NCBI GenBank assembly: GCA_964016885.1
Contig: OZ024741.1
Span: 378,634,001 to 378,698,000, forward strand
Direction: 5' to 3'
DNA length: 64,000 nucleotides
Source: Eledone cirrhosa
Lineage: Eukaryota
Below the pieces are notes generated by a model, which was not told where the DNA came from, made no database searches, and was given only the letters and a program-made list of their open reading frames with translations. Shown here piece by piece: positions 26,409 through 40,384 of this stretch; the first letter of the stretch is position 1; the number at the start of each line of letters is the position of its first letter. A program made the translations under genes and the position numbers.

Positions 26409-27543
26409 TAAATCATGTCCATAGAATCATTTGATAATATATATACACTATTTCCTCTCCCAATTAGCATAATTAACCACATAAAAAATCAATTAGACCA
26501 GGCTATAAGAATAAGGGCCCCTATGAAGAAACATTTGATAATTAAACGAAAGCAGCCTCTTCGCGGCCGACCGCAATAGAATATTTACGCAATATTTCAA
26601 CAGCATGTAGAAATCGACTAAATATCACGTCAACCATACACAATTAGGTATACATTTAAAGTTAGAATAAATGCGTACACTCTTACCGTGATTATGTGCC
26701 TACCCTGGGTTTCGTTCGCGTTTTGAGATATCCTATTAAGCATAAATCTCGAGTATCGAAATCATCAGGAGAAAACTCATAGGACAGTTAAAATTCCAAA
26801 GCGATCACCGCCAGAAATAGATTAAAAAATGGCTAAGAATAGTGACGTGGCAGTGGTCAAGTTAGAAAGAATGCGATTAGTTGCTTACGGCGAGTGGGCT
26901 GGTTGCTAGAAAGCGCAGCCCAATATTGCCCACATTGCATCGCAACATAATGGGAGCTTATTAAATATAAAGATTTACATATATACATACTAAACAAAGT
27001 CACAGATATATATGTGGCAACCGTTCACGATGTGGCTCAAAGAAGAATTAATAAATTAAATAATCAGAGCAATATATCATAAATCATGTCCATAGAATCA
27101 TTTGATAAAATATATACATTATTTCCTCTCCCAATTAGCATAATTAACCACATAAAAAAATCAATTAGACCAGGCTATAAGAATAATGGCTCCTATGAAG
27201 AAATGTTTGATAAATAAACGAAAGCAGCCTCTTCGCGGCCGACCGCAATACAATATTTACCCAACATTTCAACAGCATGTAGAAATCGACTAAATATACC
27301 GTCAACCAGACGCAATTAGGTATAAATTTAAAATTAGAAGACATGCGTACACTCTTACCGTGATTATGTCCCTATCATGGGGTTCGTTCGCGTTTTGAGA
27401 TATCCTATTAAGGATAAATCTCAAGTATCGAACTCATCAGGAGACAAACTCATAGGACAGTTAATTTTCCAAAGCGATCCCCACCAGAAATAGATTCAAA
27501 CATGGATAAAAATCGGACGTGGCAGTGGTCAAGTTAGAAAGAC
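26402..27543 (-). mobile_element. Partial tandem (period 671) non-coding element with one hammerhead per unit
   Basis: 26402-26870 is repeated at 27072-27541; minus CTGATGA-(g/t)ttcg...cgaac-GAAAC-ccagg-GTA at ~26696-26772 and ~27367-27446; (TA)n on both sides. Confidence 0.8.
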
Positions 27544-27676
<133 letters not shown>

Positions 27677-28659
27677 CTCGTGTATATGCATATCTATCAT
27701 GGTATCAATTAATTGCTCTCGTTACACTTGTACATTGCTCCACAGTATGGATATTTTCTCACGCACAATCTGTTTAACACACATACAAACAAACTGGACT
27801 ATTTTCAAGAGAGAAATGTGTTGGGAATTTCCTCATTAATTCTAACCAAAGTTATAGAAATATCATCGCATATTACCATATCATTCTCACCCTTTCTCCA
27901 CAATCAGTATGAGATACTATACTCGTGTTAGACACTTTTTGTTACGTTGGTATGCCGTATTATATATTGAAAACATTCTATTTTTGATAAATCCTATTTT
28001 TAGTTAGCAGTTTTTTTTTGCGTTTAATATTTTTCTTTTCATTTTGAGTTTTGTTGTTCTAAATTGATAATTGAATTTGACACTTGAAAACATAACTGAA
28101 CACATTTTCATTTTATAATGTTAATCATATGTTGCACTTGAATCCGAATACAATATAATTTCAAGTGGTTTGAGTTGAATGTATTAAATACGAATAACTC
28201 ATAGGTTTAAGCCTATTTTCTTCTAATTTGGTCTGATTTGAAAAGTCTGTCAAATGTGATATTTTCAATTTCAATTAAAACAAATAATATAAAGTCAACT
28301 GACTCATTCCATTGCTATTTAATGTTAGTGAACGAAACATATGTGAGGAAAATCCCAGGTCTTATATAAGGATAACTTGTCAATCAATTCAAAGTTCGTA
28401 TGTGCTCTCAATGGAAGAATGTTAAAGCATAGTTTTTATAAGGAACATACAACAGTAAGCGTTTAAATCACCCCCACCCCCCACCCCCGGCAATATAATT
28501 AAGGACCCTCTTATTGTGTGTTAGCATAATATGACTTATATAACCAATCATATTACAGAATAAAATGAACCTTAAATAATGTATGAATATTATATCAGTG
28601 AAACTACGAGATTCAATAAGGGAACATTACATTGGATTTCGATATTGAGCTTCGAGCAT

Positions 28660-28945
28660 CTACTGCGAGATGAAGTGACATGTTTTTCGCCTCCAACATA
28701 GTCACTTCAGCCACAAACCCTGGTACAGAAGCCACCTTCAAATCAGGGCAGAGGAAGACAAGCAAATATTTGGTCATGACCTATCGCTTTCGCTTTGAAG
28801 TAGTCGCCGTCTTTGGACACCGTACAGTTTTTCTCCTGCGTAAAATGGAAATGACAGCAAGCCCTCTAAGAAATGAGTCTCACGGGGTGGTGTGGCTCTT
28901 GTAGCATGTGTCAGTGGCTAATGTCCGCGGTAATGCCTTTACCAT
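28660..28945 (+). mobile_element. CRE-type LINE C-terminal REL endonuclease remnant
   Basis: RKTSKY...YRFRFEVVA...WLL*HVSVANVRGNA resembles the CRE-clade K..KY / F.P.A.E..G / WL.QR.S.A..RGNA ending. Confidence 0.55.
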
Positions 28946-29271
28946 TCTATTTGCTAGACTGAGCTGAAACACCGCGCTGACCTAGCTGTAGTCTTTCACC
29001 CCCTAACTTTCTCTCATTTTTTTCTCCCGTAACCTATTAATCTTTTCTCATCTACTTTTTCTCTTATATATGGCATTGATAATTCTTTCCAATACTGCTT
29101 TGTTTTTCTGTATGTTTAGATAACTATGAAGTTCTTTATTAAATTTATTTGAATTCATCCAAGGTATATTTTTGATACTTTTGAAATAGATTAAGTTATT
29201 TTGTAGCGATCATTTAAAAGAACATCTGAAATTGGCCAAATAATGGTTTTGGTTAATACACTTTAAAAATA

Positions 29272-29483
29272 ATGATAACGAATGATAATGATGACGATTG
29301 TGTTGATGATGGAGTTGATAATGATGATGATCATGATGATGTTGATGATGATGATCATGATCATAATGGCGTCACTGAAGATGAGGTTTGTGGGTGTGAT
29401 TTTCTGTTATGGTGTGGATTATTTTGCCAATGGTGGTTGTGGCAGTGGCAGTTGTGCTGAATAAAACGATGTGAATGATGATG
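29272..29483. repeat. Degenerate (GAT)n low-complexity tract
   Basis: Direct reading. Confidence 0.85.
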
Positions 29484-32400
29484 CTTTCAAACTGTTAAAA
29501 TTGACCAACTTTATTTTTGGCACAGCCATGTTGGTAACACCGATAAATATTTTGTGTGTTTTAAATTATATTTTTTTAACGGTAAATCATTTATATCATA
29601 TTTGTGGTTTACAATAATTCTATTTGCATCATTCAAATATACATATAAATGTCTAGTCCTACTTTCAAAATGTATATCGTTTAATCCAAAAATAAATAGC
29701 TATTTGCCATTTCATATAACGTACAGCAAATTCTCCCAAGATGAACGAATAATGTTTAAAAAGTGTCTATAACGGAAAATCTTATTTTTAAAACTAAAAG
29801 GAACATTACAAAATGTGAAGCTTGATATGGGGGAGGGGGGCATGTGTTTGCCGAGGTGAGTCGGAATTGATGTAAAGCTATGAAGTTAAATACATTATAA
29901 CAGAATATACAATTGTTTTTTTCTTTCAAGTAAGTTTTGAAAAACAGCATGTAGATTTATTAAATATTTGATATCTTTTCGTATTTATATAAATCTGGAT
30001 TGTGTACGTACATCATTCTTTGTTATTCAAGTAAATGAACCGTCTGATTAAATATATCTTTGCAAGTTGATAGCTATTTTATCATATGCAACTCACTATA
30101 TAACTCTCCGTTAGGAAGGAAATTGTGGTGTATTTCAAAGTCGATGAAATAAATTCTTGTAAAATCGATACGGGTTGGATTCTTCGTGAATGTGATGTAC
30201 TAATCTGTTTTAATAATGCTTCGCCTTATTTATGGCTAATATCCCTTGTATTCCTAACAGAACCTTTAAATAATCCAAACTGTGAATACCATGAACGGGG
30301 AGAATTGAGGCGAATTTACATAATGATAGCTATACCGATTTTTACCAGAGAAAACATCTTTCATCTCCACAAAATGGGTGGGAGTTCTCCCCGCCCGACG
30401 GTGAGAGTTGATAGGTCTGGCTTAATTCATTTGGCGGTCACGATTTTGTATAAAGGCAACGTTATAATATCAAATTAAATAAAACAGAGCAAAATATATC
30501 TCCGTTTAATTACCAAGAAAAAATGCAATGTTTCCATTTATTATATGTCTATAATGTGATAGATAGAATACGACAAACATCGTTCACACCTCTCCAAACA
30601 ACCTCTCTCGGCTATCATGTTTCCTAATAATATTCATGAAATACTGCATGGCTTTCGGTCTGTATTCTTATGAAATTTTTGCGGAGACATCCCTCCAAAA
30701 AGGCAATGAATTAATACCTCGGTATTCTTAAATAATGACATTAGTCCTAAATATATGCGGTTTTCCTGTACACATAATAGACGAAATGTGATTTCTATCA
30801 TCGAGAAACCGATTGACCTCAACAACTAATTGTGATCATAGCTTTAGCACAATCAACTCTAGTCAGACAATAATGTAATCAGTGTTCCAGAGAGATTGCC
30901 CTATTTTAATAATCGTATACATTCCTACGCCTTTAGAACTTAATCATATATTGACACATTTAACATAAATGATGGAAAGATAATTCATTGATAATATAGT
31001 GATATATGTTTGCCTGTATGTCATTGTTTATGCATTTAATTATTATACACTGTCAACTTGCCAAATAATATTATTTTCAAATAGTAACACTTGCACACAA
31101 AACACACGTATACACACACGTGCCCAAACACACACACACAAAGCCACACACACACACAAACACACACACACACGCGCACACACACACGCACACACACACA
31201 CACACACACACGAACGGACGCATATAGAAACTCAGAAAACAAAAGCTACCGTCTAGTAGGCTACTAATAACTTGCCACAACGCGAAATGTAAATGAATAA
31301 ATTACTGAAATATAATTTTGTGAGATATCATCAATTTATATTCTGCCTCTCACGCATGTGAACATTTCTAAATGCTGTGTTCGTAGTACGATGACTGTGA
31401 ATGAGGTTTACGCGTGTGGTTAACAATTATAAGAAAATATATGTATATCATAATGTAGTGTTTCCCCGCCCTTTGATTTCGGGAATTTTAACCTCACATT
31501 CGGCATCGTTAAAATTAAATACGTTATGGTCTATTTCAAATTTGTCATCATATGTCTCAATTTCAACATCGCTACTTTTACTTAACTTATTACTGAAGGA
31601 TGGAATTTTTACTATGAAAAGTGAAGCATTGGCATCAATTGATTTAGCTTCATTTCATGTATATGTAATAAGGACGATGAAATTTAGGCATATGGACACT
31701 TACATCTCGTAATTATTTCACGCCATGTAATGCCAAACTAAATACAAGACATATGGCATGTTTCTATTTGTTTGTTGGAGAATACTTATAAACAGTTCTT
31801 GTGTTTTTTTTGAATCAAGCATGTTTTAAGTGCATGTTGCTATATTACGCATGTACCAGAATATTACCAACAATATATTGTGATGATAGCAAAATACATT
31901 GCCTTTTAAGCAGTTGGAAATAGTTGCTGGGATAATTGTAGCAATAAATTATTGCTTTTTGCGAGTGAAGGGTATGGATGTGGGTGATGTTGATGCTGTT
32001 GCCGTAAAGCCTGAGTGCAATATTTACAGTTGTGAACAACGCAGATGCTCTGAGTGAATACAAGGAGTGGTGCCTATCTAAATTGCATGGATGGCCATAC
32101 GATCCATTTAGAGTCCAACCCAATCCTCTGGTATCGATGTAGAAAATCTTAAACATGGAGATTACATGGAATCCCAAAAATGTTGAGTCCATTACAAACA
32201 TCTTATGTAAAAAAATCCGATTATTCCCAAACTAAAGAAAACAATTGACAGTAAATAATAAACGATGGAGCGGCAACAGTTTACAGTACCTAAGTGACAA
32301 TAAACATCTCGTATGGAGATACATGATAACAATATGTAAAGTATGTTAATTAAGGGGGGTATAACATAGAGAAATAATAATTACTCATTTTGCAACAAGA

Positions 32401-33021
32401 TAGAGGGTATTAAGACTATCAGAATCGAAGTTCGTTCTCGTCATACACATGTGGTGACATGCGTCTTACGTAGAGCTGTCATTTGGGAAACGTTGGATAG
32501 AGTTGACCATCTCATGACATTTCGTGACTCCTTAATGATTAGCACCATATTTCTTTCATGACATAATGTTCTTGCAGTCATGGACGAGATACACAACACA
32601 CTTCACCCATCCAAAATATCAAACAATTCCGCTAGTTCACCTTAAGCGAATGGAATTTTATTTATTGGTCATACACAGAGGGATGGAAAGTATTATGTAT
32701 CCGTCTATGAATAGCTACATCTGTGAGAAAAAATAGTCTCTACGGAACACGTCACTGCTAGCCTAATGTGTTTGTTTGAAGTCACCATAACAGTAGTAAT
32801 CTCCACTCTCAGTACCTCTTGAGAGTGATTAGGACGTAAGCAAACACCTGCTATTTCAAACACCAGGTTGGCACATTTAACAAACTGAACAAAGAAAAAC
32901 TCAACCAAGAAGCACTCAACCAAGGCCACCGAGTAGTGGCAAAGACAAAGATGTCAAACAATTAACAGTCGAAATATAATAAACAGTGAAAATGTCGACT
33001 TGCAAATTGAATGCGGGTTAT

Positions 33022-33110
<89 letters not shown>

Positions 33111-33114
<4 letters not shown>

Positions 33115-35460
33115 GAGAGTAAAACAAAGAAGCCTTCAATACATCAAAAGTCTTTATTAGCCGACAATGTTTCGTCCTATTAAGGACTCATCAGGGCAAT
33201 TAAAAAAACAAGAAGTAATAATGGCAGATACAAGCCAGAAGCTCCGAAGAATATGGAGTGTACATATACTAAAGTATGGCAAAAATATATAATAAAAATA
33301 ATAAAAATATATAATGAAAATTACTAAGGATGTAAGTGACATTAATAACCATATTACAAATATAGTCCAAAACAAAAAAACCTTGAGCTAGACAAAGGTG
33401 GTTATATAGATCAGGAAACATATATAATATAATGTAATATTATATAATTATACTTTTACCAACATTAAAGTTACAATGGAAAATCAAAAGGTACATTATG
33501 CATATGTATATATGTGTGCACACACACACACACGTACACCTACAACAATACACACATCTGTCTTCAACTGCACAAATTTAACCTTATCAAGAGTTTGAAT
33601 ATGAAAATGAGCATGATAGGAATGAGAATAATAATAATGATAATACTAATACATCTACCCGATATACATGGGGTAATAATATGATATAATTATAAGTAGC
33701 ATATATAATCAATAATAAACAATACAATTATATACTATATAATACAATATAATAGAATGGATAATCTCCGGTTAATTTACACAAACAATATAGATGTCAC
33801 AATAATAATATAATTATAATATAATATAACATACCAAGATATATACTATACAATATACTAACACTTATAGTCAACAATATATAGGTTAACAAATCAATTC
33901 ATATTGGGTTACAGAGTAGGTGAGGAAAAAAATAAATTGTACAATTTTGTTGGTACAAAAATACAAAGATCCTACATGATATATAAAGTTTAACATATCA
34001 TAATGTTACATATAATTAATGGTAAGTGATAAGGATCAATATTACAACAAAAAATACAATATAATATAATATATTATATAAAATAAGTTAACATAATATA
34101 ATATATAATTACTTATAATTACAAGGTTGGTAGACATACATATATATGGATGAGTGAGTAAATGCCAGACAGTAAATGCAATGCACAATATTAATAAAAT
34201 ATACAGTATAAAATATAGAATAAAATAAAGAAATAAATAAATAGAATCACCCGGAGATTAAAAAACAAAAACAAACGTATGCATTTAGGTCTCACATGCA
34301 GTTAAGTATTTAAGTATTTAAGTAAAACCTAAGGAAATAACACGTGAAAATGACTCGAAAACCCTATTTGATAAATTAATATTAAAAATATTTAAACTAT
34401 CTAATAAGGCAGTATAATATTAGCTATAGTTTAAGTAATTAAAGTTTATAAACATTAATATTTCGTTACAAATGTTTACAAAAAGGAATGAAATTTTTTT
34501 CCTATCATATACATAACGATACCTAAAAAATGACTTAAGCAGTATTAAGGTAGGCCAATAGGGACAGGAATGAAGAAATATATGGAGGGTGCAAAGGGGC
34601 ATAAATATAGTCGATATACTATATTACTTAATAGAAAGGAGCGTAAAAGAGGGGGGGGGTGTTAAATATAATCATAGTCAATTTGGAGGGGATGACAATA
34701 AGTTTATGTGCGCATGGGGGGGGGGGGTTATCCAAAGAAGAATCCGAATAAAAATAAAAATGAAAGTAAAAATAAAAATAAAAATAAAATAAATAGCGTA
34801 AAATATATAATATTATATAATTCAAAAGGTGTAATAGTGAAAATCTAATGCGTTAGAAGACAGATATGGTACAGTAGCCAAAAGATTATGAGAGCTAAAA
34901 TAAAGAGTCATCAAAAACCAATGGTAATAATGATGATAATAATAATGACGTTGGCAAACAAAGGAACCTAAACTAAAAATAAATAATGGAATATATCAGC
35001 TAATGGGTACAATTTGTACTACTAGAACGTTTAGGTTTATAATAAAAGTATGAATTAGAAATAGCGTGGGGGCAAGAAGAGAATATCTCAGACTTTCTAT
35101 TAAGTAAGGGTACGCTAGAGAAAATTATATAGTGTGTCTCAAGGATGCAGAGATTACAAAACTTACTATGTGTAGAAAGGTGGTTAGAGCGTGCTACTAA
35201 ACGCCAGTTAAGGCTATATGGTATATTAGCTCCCTTAAGATCCCAGATATAATGTGCTAAAGAAGTGGAATTCTTAAACCTAACATGTTTGAAATTGGAG
35301 ATATGGGAGTTAAATCTAGTCTTAAAAGAGTTAGATGTGGAGCCTATATAAGTTCTATTAGAGGAATTAGTTGTAACTTCGCAAGCATAGACAATGTTCT
35401 TTGAAAGGCAGTTACCGTTTAAAGGGCAGTTAGCACTCACTCTACAAACACGCTCCAGTA
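33111..35460 (-). mobile_element. Naiad-type PLE 3' fragment: GIY-YIG (35000-35450), ~1.9 kb U-rich 3' UTR, hammerhead
   Basis: CRVSANCPLNGNCLSKNIVY...YIGSTSNSFKTRFNSH...LAHYIWDLK...CNLCILE...LLNRKSE...CPH; both ends in (TA)n. Confidence 0.85.
33159..33198 (-). ncRNA. Canonical minimal hammerhead ribozyme
   Basis: gcc-CTGATGA-gtcct-taat-aggac-GAAAC-att-GTC-ggc followed by AATAAA; all core nucleotides intact. Confidence 0.85.
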
Positions 35461-35606
35461 TTTTAACCTTTATATATATATATATATATATATATGAATA
35501 TGTATATGAATCGATCATATCGATCATTTCAGTGTTCAATGTTAATGACCACAGACACACAGACACACACACACACACGCATACACACACACACACACAC
35601 ACACAT

Positions 35607-35660
<54 letters not shown>

Positions 35661-35737
35661 AATATATATATATATAAACATCAAATGTATATATATATAT
35701 AAACATCAAATATATATATATATATATATATAATCAT

Positions 35738-35790
<53 letters not shown>

Positions 35791-35794
<4 letters not shown>

Positions 35795-38700
35795 ATCAAA
35801 TTCAAGAAAAACCTATTTGTAGGTCAGGAATAACTTAAAGGCTCTAAGTATAATATAGTAAATCTTGAAAAAACTGAGAAAATTCTCGTTAAATCTGACA
35901 AAACCAACAATCTATATGGAATACAAACGGACGAATATAATAATCTTATATTTAAGGAAATAAGGAAAAGCTAGAAGAGAACCACCAATGATGAGCTTGG
36001 AATACTAAATAGAGAAGGTTCTGATATAATTCATAAATTAGGCATCGAAAATAGGACCGAACCCTTTATACCCAGAAAACCAAAAATGAATTTGAAAGAC
36101 CACAAAAGAAACTTTGAAATAGAATTACCAGTTATACTTATACCACCATCTAAATCAGACTTAGGCATAGTTAGTAAACATATATTAGATAGAATCATAC
36201 CGAAACTTAAAGAAATATCTTACTCAAAACTATGAAACGGGACTAATGAAGTTATAGATTGGTACAATAACATAAATTATAAGCATAACAAAAAATTCAT
36301 TCAATTGGATATTGCAAATTACTACTCATCTATCACGCCTAATTTACTTAATTAAGCCCTTATCTACGCATCTAAATATACTGATTTATCTAGCGATGAA
36401 ATGCATATTATTTTAACTGCACGGAAAACCTTAATTAAATTTAACAACCATCTTTGGACCAGAGCAGATAGAGATAATAATTTAGATATCACTATGGGGT
36501 CATCAGACTCGGCGCAGTTCACATATCTTGTGGGGATTTTTATTAACAATGCATTACATAGAAGACTACCGGAGATGACCGATGGTTTATATCGTGATGA
36601 TATGCTGCTGTTAATTGAAAATAATAATAATTGTGAAATCAGTAGAAAAAGAAATTCAATAATACAAATTTTTAATAGCTATAATCTTAAGCTAGATATA
36701 GAGAATATTTATAAAATAGTTAACTTTTAGACGTAACATTAAACCTTAATACTGGGCTATACTATCCATTCCATAAAATTAATGAGAATTTAAATTATGT
36801 TAACTTTAACTCTAATCATCCTAGAGCTGTTAAGAACACTATCGTAAATTCTTTACAGCAACGTATTTCTAGAATTTCAGCGAATAAACATATATTTGAA
36901 GATAAGGCACAATATTATAACGAAGCTTTAAGTAGAGCAATGAAATTAAATACGATATTAACCATAATATTAATTATAATTATAATTATAATAAGAAACC
37001 TAGCATAAACTCTAAAACTAAAAGAAGAAATAGAACTAGAAACATAATATGATATGCTCCTCCATTTTTCTCTAAGTATTATAACACCTTTAGCTAAACT
37101 ATCTTTTAAAGTTCTCGAAAATGTTTTACCAAGGCACATATATATTATTCAATCTTTAACGCACATACAATTAAACTATCTTACTCTACTCCTATGAATT
37201 TAGCACATAATATAAATACAATCAATAATATAAATCTAAAAATTAACAAGACTTACACTAGTACCTCTAGAAATATCCAATATAATAATACTGTTGTAAA
37301 TAATGTAAACTCTGATAAATGTTATTGTAGAATTAAATCTAACTGTCCTTTAAAAAATAACTGTTTAGTTAAAAATGTGGTCTATAAAAGCAATGTCAAA
37401 ACTAATGATAATACTGTTAACTAAGTAGGCTCAACATCTACAGACTTTAAATCCCGTTTCAATAATCATAAATATTCGTTTAATAATTGTTTCTACTTTA
37501 GTCACAAGGCCAGCAATTACCCAGTGCATTACTGGTACTTTATTTTATCGACCCCGTAAGGATGAAAGGCAAAGTCAACCTCGGCGGGATTTGAACTCAG
37601 ATGGTAAAGGGACATAACTATGCTGGAAAGCATGGCGTCCGACCCTCTACTGATACTGCCAATCCACCGCCCTCGTTTAATAATGTTGGTAAAACATATT
37701 CAACTTCTCTATGAAATGGAACCTAAAATCCAAAAATATAGACTATTCTTTATTTTGGAATATAATTCAAAAAGCACCTGCTTCCTAAAACACAGCTTTA
37801 TCCAGATTTTGCAATTTGTGTTGAAGAAATTTTCTTCATACTTAAATGTAAGAACTCCATTAATTTGCGTAATAATTTATTTAGTTCTTGTAAACATCGC
37901 CAAAATTCAACTTTTAGATATATATATATAAAATATAATGACACGTTTAATATTCCCTACATAATGTTCACTCTATCCAAACATCTATAATCTGAAAGTA
38001 TATGCATATATGTTAATAAATTCTAAATCTTTAAATTTAAATTTAAATTTAATGTAATTCTAATTTTAATATCTTTTACTTCTTAAAAATATATATTTTA
38101 TTTCTTAAATCTTTACTTGTTAATATGTTTACTTCTTAAATATTTTATTTTTATCTTTATTTATCTTACTTCCAAAATATCTCATAATCATTTTAGAAAG
38201 ATTACTTACAATTTTTATAATAAAATTATTTTCAAAAAAAACTTTTTTTTTGGCTCACCTAATATTTTTAATATATTTTTTGAATTTTTATATCTTTCTA
38301 ATATTTTAAACAATTCTAAATATTTTTAAATATTTTAAGTATTTTCAAATATTTCTTAATATTTCTTTATATTTTTGAATAATTTTAGGTTTTAATTAAT
38401 CATTAAACATTTTAAAACGTTTTTTAAAAGGTTTTCGAGTATCTCCGGGGTCTTTTTGAGATTTTAAAAAAAATTTGTTTAAAGTTTCTTTATAGTCTGA
38501 ATTATTATAGTCTGAATTTTTGAATGGTTTTAGTATTTTCTTATACTTTTAATTAATTATCTAACTTTTTGTAATTCTTTGTAACTTTTTGTAATTTCTC
38601 CTAATTTTTGGTAATTATTTAGAATTAGAGTTACAACCAGTAACAAACTCTGGATACATATATCTTTAAACATATCATTGTCATAATAACTAATACATAA

Positions 38701-39460
38701 ACAAAACTGGGATTTTCAATATTTTTCCAATGTAAAACATTAAACATATAAGTAATCTTATTGATTCAGTTAATTTAATTTAATTTAAATAATTTGACAT
38801 CTGTAACATGATATACCCATTTATACTCTCATATATCTATCTTTATATCTATGCACCTACTTCTTACTTATTGAAATCTATTTTTCATATATTTTATCAT
38901 ATGTAGATATATTTTAATATATGTTAATATATTTTAATATATCTTTATTTTTAATATATCTTTATCTTTAATTTTCCTTATATCTAACTTTCTATATACT
39001 TATTATAATAGAATTTAACAATTATTAGTAAATATACGCAACATATATCTAACATAAACATATGACCTATTTACGATATATAAACTCATCTTCGGATAAG
39101 CTTATTTCTTCGCTCTTTCTTTCTTCACTTTATTTCATCACTCTAACTCTAATTATAATAATATTATTTTCTCTCTTTCTTTTTTTCTCTCTTTCTTTTT
39201 TCTTTCTCTTCTTCCAACAGTATAATTTGAATAAACCGTTGTTTTTTTTCAATTTTACGGACATTCATTTGCATACTCATACAGCACTTTGAATTACCCT
39301 CAATAAAAAATTGTCCACTATCAACCGAACTTTCGACCGTGAAGGTTGTTTTTCCACGGTTATGTCAATATTTATAAAGCAAATCTGCCTGCCTTGGTTG
39401 CCATTGAAATGTATATAATAAAATAATTATGGTTTTATAAATATAGTTTCCATTTATTAA
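35791..39460 (+). mobile_element. Decayed Naiad-type PLE (RT + GIY-YIG to ~37938, then U-rich 3' UTR), interrupted by a SINE
   Basis: NIKF, VKSDKTNNLY, LKDHK.NF, SKSDLGIVSKHILDRI, QLDIANYYSSI, DITMGS, GLYRDD, SNHP, CYCR..NCPLKNNCL..NVVY, FCNLC, SCKHR; multiple stops. The 3' boundary is approximate. Confidence 0.85.
37488..37672 (-). mobile_element. tRNA-derived SINE family A with 12-bp target-site duplication
   Basis: TCGTTTAATAAT at 37476-37487 and 37673-37684; inserted into the Naiad GIY-YIG coding region. Confidence 0.92.
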
Positions 39461-39463
39461 TAT

Positions 39464-39536
<73 letters not shown>

Positions 39537-39537
39537 T

Positions 39538-39621
<84 letters not shown>

Positions 39622-40384
39622 CACACATATGTAGTTCCCATAGGCATGTTCTAAGAGAAGTAGATATACTAATGAGTATTACAGGGATTAAAATGTCATC
39701 ATATGTTATTTGGAAGCTGGGTTTTTATATTGCAGCCTTGCTTCATTATGTTCCTTCAAATCTAAATTACCGGAAGGTATGTATGTTATTCTGAGTAAAT
39801 GGGATTTAAGGACATTGAAAGAGTCCAATATATAGGGCATTATGTATATATGTTTATGCATAAGATTATAATAATGACTATATACAATCCATAGTTGTAT
39901 CTACTGATAAATATTTCTTAAAATATAACCAATGTAATGGAAATAAAAATCTTGATATTAATACTCACAACACATCTACATTTGAACATTATCAGAACAA
40001 TTATCACATTACATCCACCATAAACTCACATAGAAACTGCTTTTACTACCCACGTATTCCTCACTGCTTAATATACTATTGCATCTATATTATGTGATGA
40101 CTTTGCAAATATTGTGTTATATATGCTTAATAACAGTGCTTGTTCTTTTACTTTATTATTCTGCACATGCCTAATACCTCTGCACTCTTTCTATATGTAT
40201 GCCTAAGTACCACTAATGTCCTCATTTTGCGAGTAACTTTCTTTCATAATTCTTCTTTAATTGTTTTATAATTATTTTGTCACACCCACTGATACTGACC
40301 ACATCATCTTCACTCTTTAAATATAACACTATTGATAACAACAGTAATATCTACATATCTTTACGATTGTTCTGCAGAATAGAG

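Noticed and set aside
26402-27543. CRISPR array or true LTR pair
   Set aside because: Eukaryotic context, no repeat-spacer periodicity, no TG..CA ends, PBS or PPT.
29272-29464. Asp-rich / Met-rich ORFs
   Set aside because: (GAT)n low-complexity sequence.
30125-32201. Moderately complex ORFs of 100-118 aa (30125-30478, 31401-31712, 31845-32201)
   Set aside because: No recognisable domain or splice structure; length is compatible with chance.
36233-36235. In-frame TGA in the Naiad RT as selenocysteine (some Naiads encode selenoproteins)
   Set aside because: It falls at a position expected to be Trp, TAA/TAG stops also occur, Cys motifs are intact, and no SECIS was seen by eye.
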